From NCBI GenBank assembly GCA_963666835.2, contig CAXXGO010000005.1:224001-288000 (forward strand): a stretch of 64,000 bases of DNA. Reading direction: 5' to 3'. The translations under genes and the position numbers were made by a program. This DNA is from Phycisphaerae bacterium (GTDB taxonomy: Bacteria > Planctomycetota > Phycisphaerae > UBA1845). Positions within the stretch are counted from its first letter, which is position 1, and the number at the start of each line of letters is the position of its first letter. This document shows positions 19,231 through 28,400 of the stretch, one piece after another. The notes below the pieces were generated by a model. It was not told the origin of the DNA. It did no database searches and was given only the letters and a program-made list of their open reading frames with translations.

Positions 19231-21342
19231 TTACGGACGATCTTGTGCGTTGACCCGCCCGGTAAACCGGAGCTTCGCGGCCGTGATAAGAAGCAACACG
19301 AGCACGACGAGCCCCCACTTCGACGTTGTCGGAATCTCGACCGCGCAAAGCGGGCCATAAGCGGCGTCGTCGACGCCGGGGCACAGATCCACGCAGTCGG
19401 CCACGCCGTCGCCGTCGCTGTCCGTCTCGGGTTGGCCGCAGCCGCACTGACCGGCCGTGATCTTGTTCGGATCGATCGGGCACTCATCGTCCGAGTCGCA
19501 GGCTCCGTCGTCGTCGCTGTCGTCGAAGCGGTCGAGCGGGCAGGGGTCGCAATCGTCGACCACGCCGTCGTTGTCCGTATCGGGGTCGCACTCGTCTGGT
19601 ACACCGTTGGGGCCGCAATCCACACTGGCCCCGTCGCGAATGTCGCACTCGTCGGCCACTCCGTTTGCGTTGCAGTCGGGCTCGCAGTCGTCGGGTACTC
19701 CGTTGTCGTTGCAGTCTAGGCACATGAGGTACTGCACGGAGACCGTGATGAAGGACGGCGGTGAGCACTCGCTCGAATTGACGGCGGTTGTCGGGACCAT
19801 GTTGATAACCGCGTCGGCGCCGGTCAAAGCCGCGTTGAACATGGCCGCGGGCACGACGAGCTGCGCGGTATTGGGGACGGCGGGACAGTCAAAGGCGCCG
19901 GTCGTGAAGATGGACCCTACCGAGACCCCGTTAACGTCGACGTCGATCCACTCGCTGATGTTGTTGTTCAGGTCCGCTGATGCAGAGAATGACAGAGTGA
20001 CGTCGCTGACCGCTGCGGGAGCGGCAACGATCGTAAACGACTGGGGCGTATCGCCGCCGATCGGGGAGAGTTCTGTTGAACTCAGGTTGAGGCCCAGCAG
20101 ATCGCACTCGTCCGGGCGGGAGTTGTTGTTGCAGTCTTCGCTGGTCCCGCCGGCGATGTCGCAAATGTCCTGCACGCCGTTACCGTTGCAGTCTTCGTTC
20201 GGCTCGCATTCGTCGGGCACGCCGCTGTTATCGCAGTCCGGCTCGCACTCGTCGGGGATCTCATTGCTGTTGCAGTCAGGGCTATACCCGTAGGCGACAT
20301 CGCAGATGTCCTGCCGGCCGTTGCTGTTGCAGTCGTCCTGCGGGTCACATTCGTCCGGCACGTTGTTGTCGTTGCAGTCGAAACTGGTTCCGCCGGCGAT
20401 GTCTTCGAGGTCCCAAATGCCGTTGTCGTTGCAGTCTTGGGGGTAGTTCACATATGCGGCCGCGGAGCCGACGCGCGAGCAGCCGTACTCGATCAACATG
20501 TAGCCGTCTTCACCCCACCAAGGGCCCCAGGAATTACGCAAAATCCACACCCCTTCGGTTCCCTGCGTGTCATCCCACCCGACCAGTACGACCATATGGT
20601 TTGTCTCGTGGGCTTCGCACGCGTTGAATACCCCGCCGCCGTAGGCCGAGAAAGGCCCGTTCACGTACACTCCAACGGTTACCGGACCGTGGTCCAGAAT
20701 CGCTTGTTTGAGCTGGTTGGTGCTCGGCATGTCGCCTTGCGAGGCGACGTACGCCCAGGACTCAATCCAATAAGGGCGCGAGTAGGGGCAATCGCACGCC
20801 GCGTGGTTGGCTTCGTAGGGAAACTCCGTCTCCAGGACGGCGCCGTGGTCGCTACATTGATCGGGTGAGCCGTCACGCATAAGATATCCGAATGCCAGCG
20901 AGTGCCAGCCGCCGTCACAGTCTCCGGCCGCCGTGCAACTGATCAGCCACTGCTCGGCCAGATCCTCGCTGACCCCCTCGTTACGCAATATTGCGCTCTC
21001 GACGGCCCCGATAGCGCCGAATGCCCAACAACTACCGCAGCCGCCCTGGTTGCGCACCGGAGTGCAGGCGTTGTAGTCACGCCAATCGAAAGCCTCGGGA
21101 AGATCTCGCTGCGGGGTACAGGGGTCGGCAATGCCTTCGGATCGCCAATCCGCCGGCTCGACCGCGCCGCACAGCTCACTGATTGGCCGAGTCGCCGCTT
21201 CCGTGAGTTCAACGGAGAACGTCCATCCTTCGGCCTCGCCCTGAGCCCGAAGCGCGGCGATGTCTTCAGCGGAAAGCTGTCCGAGCGCCGACCCGCAGGC
21301 CAGGGTCAGCACGATTAGAGTGGTTACGGTGTTGAACTTCAT
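19231..21342 (-). CDS. Secreted papain-family (C1A) cysteine protease with DCNxNG repeats, TSP3-like repeats and IPTL-CTERM-like tail
   Basis: Signal peptide; FDWR, NQGGCGSCWAF, NHMVVLVGW, WILRNSWG; 10 DCNxNG..D.C repeats; DSDGDG..D..DLCP; C-terminal IPTTSKWGLVVLVLLLITAAKLRF. Confidence 0.92.
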   Translation of the reverse strand: MKFNTVTTLIVLTLACGSALGQLSAEDIAALRAQGEAEGWTFSVELTEAATRPISELCGAVEPADWRSEGIADPCTPQRDLPEAFDWRDYNACTPVRNQGGCGSCWAFGAIGAVESAILRNEGVSEDLAEQWLISCTAAGDCDGGWHSLAFGYLMRDGSPDQCSDHGAVLETEFPYEANHAACDCPYSRPYWIESWAYVASQGDMPSTNQLKQAILDHGPVTVGVYVNGPFSAYGGGVFNACEAHETNHMVVLVGWDDTQGTEGVWILRNSWGPWWGEDGYMLIEYGCSRVGSAAAYVNYPQDCNDNGIWDLEDIAGGTSFDCNDNNVPDECDPQDDCNSNGRQDICDVAYGYSPDCNSNEIPDECEPDCDNSGVPDECEPNEDCNGNGVQDICDIAGGTSEDCNNNSRPDECDLLGLNLSSTELSPIGGDTPQSFTIVAAPAAVSDVTLSFSASADLNNNISEWIDVDVNGVSVGSIFTTGAFDCPAVPNTAQLVVPAAMFNAALTGADAVINMVPTTAVNSSECSPPSFITVSVQYLMCLDCNDNGVPDDCEPDCNANGVADECDIRDGASVDCGPNGVPDECDPDTDNDGVVDDCDPCPLDRFDDSDDDGACDSDDECPIDPNKITAGQCGCGQPETDSDGDGVADCVDLCPGVDDAAYGPLCAVEIPTTSKWGLVVLVLLLITAAKLRFTGRVNAQDRP

Positions 21343-21517
21343 TTCCCTTCCTCCTGTCGGCCGCGAGCGACCTTGGAATTCCGCCGAGGCTGGCGCTACT
21401 TCCGATAGGCTGACTATGATAACATCTCCTCGTGGGCTTCTCAACGGTCCGTTATCATGTTGGATTGCGCGTTCTGAGGGCCGGCAATAGGCCCGAGCCG
21501 GTTGATTGGAGGTGGAA

Positions 21518-22033
21518 ATGTCATCGTCACAGACTTCGACAACTCGTCGTCGCAAAAGTGTGTCCAGCTTTGCGGACTCTGTTCGTTACGCACACGAGGC
21601 GGGGCAGCCACGGAGTGTCTCGAGAATCCGGAACCGGTTTGCCTTCTTTGGTATCGCGTTGCTGCTCGTAGCTGTGGGAGGGCCGTGGGCGTATTTCTAC
21701 TGGTTTACGTCCTGGTCCGTCTCTTCCTTCTTTGTATGCCTCGCTTGTACCGTCGTAGCGACGTGGGCTCTCCCTGCGGGAGTGAGGGTTTGCCAAGCGT
21801 ATGTTGAGTCCAGGATGAGGAGAGACGTATCCGGCAAGGACAACGCCGCGTGTTTCGAGTGCGGCTACTGGCTTACCGAGCCGAGCGGGCGGTGTTCCGA
21901 GTGCGGTTGGCCGTACGAGAGCCTTGACGACGTCGTGGAGTTCTGGAAGCACTGGCAGCCGTGTTCTTACTTCGGAGGCAAAGGGAAACGCAAGAGCACC
22001 GTCGCTGCCAATTCGAACGACTCGCCGTCGTAG
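21518..22033 (+). CDS. Two-TM membrane protein with C-terminal zinc ribbon
   Basis: Two hydrophobic segments then CFECGY...RCSECG; GGAGG RBS. Confidence 0.7.
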   Translation: MSSSQTSTTRRRKSVSSFADSVRYAHEAGQPRSVSRIRNRFAFFGIALLLVAVGGPWAYFYWFTSWSVSSFFVCLACTVVATWALPAGVRVCQAYVESRMRRDVSGKDNAACFECGYWLTEPSGRCSECGWPYESLDDVVEFWKHWQPCSYFGGKGKRKSTVAANSNDSPS

Positions 22034-22068
22034 GAATCCGCTGAAGAACGCAGGATCTGCCGCAACTG

Positions 22069-22140
22069 TGTAGCGTCGCCCGTCGTGGGTGGTGATGGAG
22101 GCTGCCTATACTGCGCGACGGGCGGCGCTACATTATTTTA
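22069..22140 (+). terminator. Long hairpin followed by T-rich run (terminator-like, GTAG-initiated arms)
   Basis: TGTAGCGTCGCCCGTCGTG (22069-87) pairs with CGCGACGGGCGGCGCTACA (22114-32), then TTATTTT. Confidence 0.5.
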
Positions 22141-22180
22141 ACAGACCCGGCCGGGTTGCCCGGGTCTTCTTGAGTAAGCA

Positions 22181-22630
22181 GGGTCCGCTGTGCGGACCAG
22201 TTCGCTTCGCCAGCCGAACGCTGTTGTTCAACCCGCTTCGGGGTTGGGACAGTAGGGAGCCCCGTGCCCCAGGGTGGCACTTCGCGGCTACGCCGCTTCG
22301 TTTACCCTGGGCTTTGCTGTTGGACGCCTTCGGCGTGCGTTCAATCTTGTAGGGCACGGTCGAGGTACGAGACCTGCCACCAAGACGCGCGTCGCGCAGA
22401 GGTCGCGGCAGGTCTCGTGCCTCGACCATGCCCTACGGGGGATGCCGGCTGGGTGGCCAACTTGTTGGCCGTGGGGCTCGGCATGCCGGGGGCATTGGGC
22501 GGGTCGCTCACGCTCCCCGTACTGATTACGCTGCCCTACGATGGTTGCGACTCGCTCGTGACGGATGGCGCCGGCCAAGCGGTGACGCAAGAGAGGTCGC
22601 GGCAGGTCTCGTTCCTCGACCATGCCCTAC
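22181..22630 (+). repeat. ~450-bp direct repeat, copy A (REP mosaic)
   Basis: Matches 24845-25295 with about 13 differences by manual alignment. Confidence 0.95.
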
Positions 22631-23194
22631 AGACCTGCCACCAAGGCGCGCATCGCGCAAAGGTCGCGGCAGGTCTCGTACCTCGACCGTGTCGTAAGTG
22701 AAGCCCCTTGGGGCGACAGGTCCTATAGCCCCACGGCGTAAGCCTGGGGGATTGTGCGGTTGCTTCACGCCAAGCCCCCATGGGGGCGGCACAAGACATC
22801 GAGGTTTAGATCGGACACCGGTGATTCAACATCATAAGGGGAGCACGTTGGCGACCGCCGGGACGTCTTCGATCATCGAAGTGCCGCCCCTGGCGGGTTG
22901 GTCCCGCGAGACACGCTGGTGTCACATATTCGTGCGACTCGAGCCATTGCGGCCTTGATGGCAGGTCTCGTTCCTCGACCGTGCCCTACACCCGCTGCTC
23001 GAGAACGGTGCCACACCCGAGAGATTGGCCCGGATTGTTCAGCCGAGCGGATTAGAGTCCGTGAGTCAATGTGGCGCCAGGGCTTGTCCCTGGCGTGGAA
23101 GCGCGCTGGGTTTCCTGTAACGCCACCCACGAGGGGTGGTGCTACGGGAGATGCCACCCTTCGCGGCAGGTCTCGTGCCTCGACCATGCCCTAC
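22349..23194. repeat. Cluster of 30-bp GTAG-type REP-like elements
   Basis: GTAGGGCAYGGTCGAGGNACGAGACCTGCC: forward 22349-78; reverse 22407-36, 22601-30, 22668-97 (degenerate), 22960-89, 23165-94. Confidence 0.88.
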
Positions 23195-23283
23195 GGCTGC
23201 AAGAAACGAGAGAGGGCGTAAGAGACCCAGGTCGCGGCATGCGCCCGGGGCTCCACGGCAACCGAAGAACAAACGGTTAAGAG

Positions 23284-24402
23284 CTAATGCGACTCCAACA
23301 CCAAACGGAACCCGTAGCGTTTAGTCAAATAACTGGGACCCACGCCGTGTCGGAAGGCCGACCGGCATGCGTTCGCGGAATCATTCCAGCTCCCGCCGCG
23401 AAGAGCTCGAGTCTCTCCACTTGCTGGGCCGCGCGGGTTGACGTAGGGGGAAACCTCATAATACGAGGCGTCGTACCAGTCATTGCACCAGTCCCAGACG
23501 TTCCCCCCCATGTCGCGCAGCCCGTAGCCATTCGCCGGAAAGAAGTCCACCGGATTAGTGTAAGCATACGGTTCTATATCGAAGTCGGGGTGAAAGGTGC
23601 CGAGACCCGCACCGCTGTCGTCGTAGGGATAGCAATCCCCGCACGCCACGTAGTTCGCGTGACTATGGTTGATCAGGTCGCCCCACGGGAAACGCTGTTC
23701 TTCTTCGCCGCCTCGGGCAGCCTTTTCCCATTCCGCCTCGGTCGGCAGCCGGTAACCGCTGCCCAAACTGCACTCCCACGTCGACGAATCGTAAGCCAAG
23801 GGCTTCCCCTCCATCCCACTGCGCCAGTTCGCATACGCCGCGGCACCGTACCACGTCACCAATACCATGGGGTGATCCTCCCTACCGGAAACCACGCCGA
23901 ACGTGCTGCCGTCCCAGGTAATCTGAATGTACGGATGATCCACGGCCGCGGCGCAGCAATGGTAGCTGGTCCCACTGCCTCCCGTGTAGACCTTTTGACC
24001 AATGACAGCGATGAGATTGCCTTGGTCCTTGGCCCAATTCAAAGCGTAGGCATATTGTTGATTGGTCACCTCGCACCTGTCCATGTAGAAGGCGTCGACG
24101 TACACCGAATGAACTGGCAGCTCCTCAGGTCTTGCTTCCTCAAACATGCTACCCATCTCGAACTCCCCGGCAGGGATAAGAGCCATGCCGACCGGGGGAG
24201 CGTCATAGGCCAATTGGAACCGGGCAAAGTCGGCGAGATCGACATCTGCGTCGCCGTCCATTTGGAACAGGGCGCAGCCCGGACCCAGGTCTCCGCCCGG
24301 CCCGGTCATGCACTCCGGAAACCCCGAAAACCGCAACTGGCCGAAAACGGAGCTGGCAAACAACAGGACCAACAACATCGAGATCATGGGGCCGTTGCGC
24401 AT
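23284..24402 (-). CDS. Secreted FGE-sulfatase (SUMF1/EgtB/PvdO) domain protein with N-terminal dockerin-like half
   Basis: Signal peptide; CMTGP..C..MDGDADVDLADFARFQ; IPAGEFEMGS, EVTNQQY, YRLPTEAEWEKAARGG, NGYGLRDMGGNVWDW, RGGSW, GFR. Confidence 0.92.
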   Translation of the reverse strand: MRNGPMISMLLVLLFASSVFGQLRFSGFPECMTGPGGDLGPGCALFQMDGDADVDLADFARFQLAYDAPPVGMALIPAGEFEMGSMFEEARPEELPVHSVYVDAFYMDRCEVTNQQYAYALNWAKDQGNLIAVIGQKVYTGGSGTSYHCCAAAVDHPYIQITWDGSTFGVVSGREDHPMVLVTWYGAAAYANWRSGMEGKPLAYDSSTWECSLGSGYRLPTEAEWEKAARGGEEEQRFPWGDLINHSHANYVACGDCYPYDDSGAGLGTFHPDFDIEPYAYTNPVDFFPANGYGLRDMGGNVWDWCNDWYDASYYEVSPYVNPRGPASGETRALRGGSWNDSANACRSAFRHGVGPSYLTKRYGFRLVLESH

Positions 24403-24844
24403 GAGATCTGCTCCTTACTCCGGATTCAGTACATGACGGTTCTGTGTCCAGGTCCCGGGTGAGTACGGCGACCAGAAAAACCCGCGAGCGGCATAGCCTG
24501 CGCGGCGTGTCTCTTGCGTTCACAAGGGCGGATTCCAGGCATGCCGTGGTTCCCCGTATTCCACATCACTTATGTTACCGGAACGAACGTAGAAAGTCAA
24601 GGAATTCCATTGAGGACGCATCGCGTAACTGGGGTCCGCTGTGCGGATCGACTCTTGTAGGGCAGCGTCGAGGAACGAGACCTGCCGCGCTTGTCGACCG
24701 TCGATCATTGGATCAGTACCACGACCGTCAGGGAGTGGCCATCGTTCGGCGGCGCGTCGCAACGGATCGGCCAAGGGCGGGTCGCTCACGCTCGCCGTAC
24801 TGATGGCCGCGGCTCATCGGCTCCTTTTTCAGGCTGAAAGTCGA

Positions 24845-25295
24845 GGGTCCGCTGTGCGGACCAGTTTACTTCGCCAGCAGAACGCTGTTGTTCAACCCGC
24901 TTCGGGGTTGGGACAGTAGGGAGCCCCGTGCCCCAGGGTGGCACTTCGCGGCTACGCCGCTTCGTTTACCCTGGGCTTTGCTGTTGGACGCCTTCGGCGT
25001 GCGTTCGATCTTGTAGGGCACGGTCGAGGTACGAGACCTGCCACCAAGACGCGCGTCGCGCAGAGGTCGCGGCAGGTCTCGTGCCTCGACCATGCCCTAC
25101 GGGGGATGCCGGCTGGGTGGCCAACTTGTTGGCCCGTGGAGCTCGGCGCGCCGGGGGCATTGGGCGGGTCGCTCACGCTCCCCGTACTGATTACGCTGCC
25201 CTACAATGGTTGCGACTCGCTCGTGACGGATGGCGCCGGCCAAGCGGTGGCGTAAGATAGGTCGCGGCAGGTCTCGTGCCTCGACCATGCCCTAC
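24845..25295 (+). repeat. ~450-bp direct repeat, copy B, followed by a partial further unit to ~25393
   Basis: Offset 2664-2665 from copy A; REPs at 25013-42 (fwd), 25071-100 and 25266-95 (rev); another forward REP at 24657-86. Confidence 0.95.
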
Positions 25296-25426
25296 GGGGG
25301 ATGCCGGCTGGGTGGCCAACTTGTTGGCCCGTGGAGATCGGCACGCCGCAGGCATAGGGCGGGTCGCTTACGCTTGCCGTACTGATTACGCTGACCTTCT
25401 TGTGGGGCAATCGGACAAGGCTGGTC

Positions 25427-28400
25427 TTACGGGAGCAATTCGCCCAGCCAGGGGTCAAGCTGTCCGGCGCCGTTGAGAAGGTCGATCTCGCGGAGAATGT
25501 CGGATGCGGTGGCCGTGCCGCTTCTGTTGAGGTCTGTCGACCAGAGGGGTAGATCCGTCGTACCGGTCACAGAATCGATGAGAGCTTGAAGGTCGCTCAT
25601 GTCGGTGGTGCCGTCTCCGTCAACGTCTCCCGGCAGATAGCCGAGTGCAATCCGACTGCCGTTACAGGTGTACGAGATGGTTGTTCGCGTGCCTGGATCC
25701 AGGGGCCGTCTGAGCACCACCTCCACGTGTTCGTCATCCGCAACGGTAACCGAACGGATCTGCGGGGTAGGACCGGATCCGCCGGTCGCCGCGACGGAAA
25801 AATCCGCCGCGGTCAAGCCCGTGGCACCGCCGTCGAAGACCAGATTAACAATCTGCCATCCGCAGGACGCTCCCCCGGCAGGGTCGAACGGCTGGCGGGC
25901 GTCGATGGCGCCGGTGGGCGGGTCGCTGCCGACGATGATGCGGGCGTACGGGTCACATTCGTCAGGTACTCGATTCCCGTTACAGTCGTTGCTGGTGGCG
26001 CCGGTAATGTCCAACCAATCAGGCACGGTGTTGTAGTTGCAGTCGGCGAATGCGCTAGCCTCGTAAGCACCGAGGTCGGCGGTTCCGAACAGGACTCGCG
26101 ATGCTCCGGCTAGATCGGTTTCGCCGTCCAGCGGCGAAAAAGCCGGATCGCCCGCATTGATGCACCGCGAGATTTCGGCTAGCCGGAAGTCACCATGGTC
26201 TGCGTCAGTAAAACCGGGGTCGATGGCCAGGTTTCCGGTTGTCTGTGAGAAAGCGCTGTGGATCAGACCGGCGCCGGCGGTACCTCGCTGGATGTCGCTG
26301 TACGTGATTGCCATCGCCGAGTTTGATCGCAAGTCGATCTCGGTGCCGGTGAGAGCGGTATTACTCCAGAGAATGCACATGCTGACTGCCGGCCGGCCGG
26401 CAGTGGCGTGAAGCGCGCCGCCGCAAAAAGACGCGGTGTTGCCGACGATCGTGCAATGACGAATAACCGGGTCGCTGTACGAGCTGGAGATTCCGCCTCC
26501 GGCAACACCCTGGTTACCGGTGATCAAACAGCCCACGATACGCGGACTGCTCCCGTTGCGGCAGGTGATTCCGGCGCTGTGGTTCCCCGTGATGATGCAA
26601 TTGCGGATGGTCGGCCCGCTGTTGTCACATTCGATCCCCCGGCTGTTCGTGATCGTGAACCCGTAGATCTGCGATTCGAGCCCTTCTCCGTTCTGGAAAA
26701 CGAACGCGGGTTGGCTACCGCCGCCGTCGATGATGCAGGCGGCCGGGCCGTTCGCGCTACGCACGGTCAAGTTCTTCCCTGCGAAGTCCAACGCGACGTT
26801 GCCGAACCTGGTATAGACTCCGTCGGCCACTTCAACGACGTCACCGGGCAGAGCGGCGTCGATGGCCTGCTGAATAGTCGTGAAGTCGGCGGGTACGTGC
26901 CGCACGGCCTGGCACTCGTCCGGCACGCCGTTGTCCTCGAGGTCGACGCTGGTAGCGCCGGCGATATCGCAACTGTCGGCTACGCCGTTTCCGTTGCAGT
27001 CCGATTCGCACTCGTCGGGCGTGCCATTGCCGGTGCAGTCGAGACTGGTGCCGGCCGCGATGTCGCATTTGTCGGGGACGCCGTTGTCGTTGCAGTCGGG
27101 TGCGATTCCGTCGGCGATTTCGCACTCATCGGCCAGGCCGTTACCGTCGCAATCCTCGCATTCATCGGGGATGCCGTTATCGTTGCAGTCCCGGCCGGCC
27201 GCGGCGGCAATATCGCAACTATCGGCGATGCCGTTGTGATTGCAGTCCGGTTCGCACTCGTCTGGAACGCCATTGTGCGTGCAATCCTCACTAGCGCCGC
27301 CCTTGGCCACGTCGCAGTCGTCGGGGATGTTGTTTCCATTGCAGTCCGGGCTTTGGCCCAAGCTCAAGTCGCAATCGTCGCGAATCCCGTTCTTGTTGCA
27401 GTCCGGACCGCCGGTGCAGCCGGATGGAAGAACGCTGATCGTGAGTGGATGAAGCTGCAACGACCCGATCGGCTCGGAGTTGTCATCGAGCAAGACGGTC
27501 TGTCCGTCGCTGCAATCGAACCCGACGACGAACGCCCCCGCGGCGCCCTGCGATACCTCGAGGATGAGCGTTCCGCCGTAGGACGGTGTTTCGGCCTCGA
27601 CTACCGACTGATGGATACCGATCGCGCTGTATTCGTAGTCTGGCCGGCCACGCAGGACCGTGGCGATGCTGGGTGAGTGGCGGAAGGGGTAGGCCGCTCT
27701 GTAGCGATCGATGTAAGCTCCGGCGGTCGCATGCGGAGTGGTAGACGGAGTCAATACGCCAATCGCCGCGCTTGTGAATCCGGCGGCATCTACGGTTGCA
27801 CGGTAGGATCTCAATGCGTCGGGCGTCCAGCCTTCGAGGTGAATTTCGCAGTTAACCGTATCGCCGGGTTCGACGATAACGCGGTCGACCGGTCCTTGGG
27901 GCAGGGCGGTTGAGTTCACCGCAGCGGCTCGAAGGGAAATCGCCGCACCGCAGCCGGGTATGGGGAGCCCCGCGCAGCCGCCGTTTGCACACTCATCATC
28001 GGCCGTGCATCGGTTGTCGTCGTCGCACGAGCCCGATCGTAACGCGTATTGACAGACGCCGTTTTCGCAGGTGTTCACCGTACACGAGTTTCCGTCGGCG
28101 CAATCGGAGTCCGTCAGGCATTCGACGCATTCATCAAGCTGTTCGTCACATCGCATCTCGATGCACGGGGCGGTCCCCTCTACGCACGTGCCGCCCGAGC
28201 AGGTCTCCTGCCCGTTGCAGAACAGGCCGTCGTCGCAGTTTAGGTCGGCGCAGGGGTCGCATTCGTCGGGAACGCCGTCGCCGTTTAAGTCTGCGCTGGT
28301 TCCGGCGTTAACGTCGCACTCGTCGGCGAATCCGTTACCGTTGCAGTCTTCACATTCATCGGGAATCCAATTCCCGTTACAGTCTCCGCTGTTACCTTCA

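Noticed and set aside
22089..23280. Many short ORFs with repeated GLVPRPCPT / VEARDLPR peptides
   Set aside because: Translations of the REP repeats, not genes
23284..23410. FGE C-terminus (RGGSW...GFR) as a DGR variable region
   Set aside because: No template repeat or reverse transcriptase seen in the window, and several variable-position codons end in A/G (GCA, GTG, TTG, AAA), unlike AAY-derived codons; a remote DGR cannot be fully excluded
22349..25295. 30-bp repeats as a CRISPR array
   Set aside because: Mixed orientations, irregular spacing, spacers themselves duplicated, no cas genes; fits REP elements
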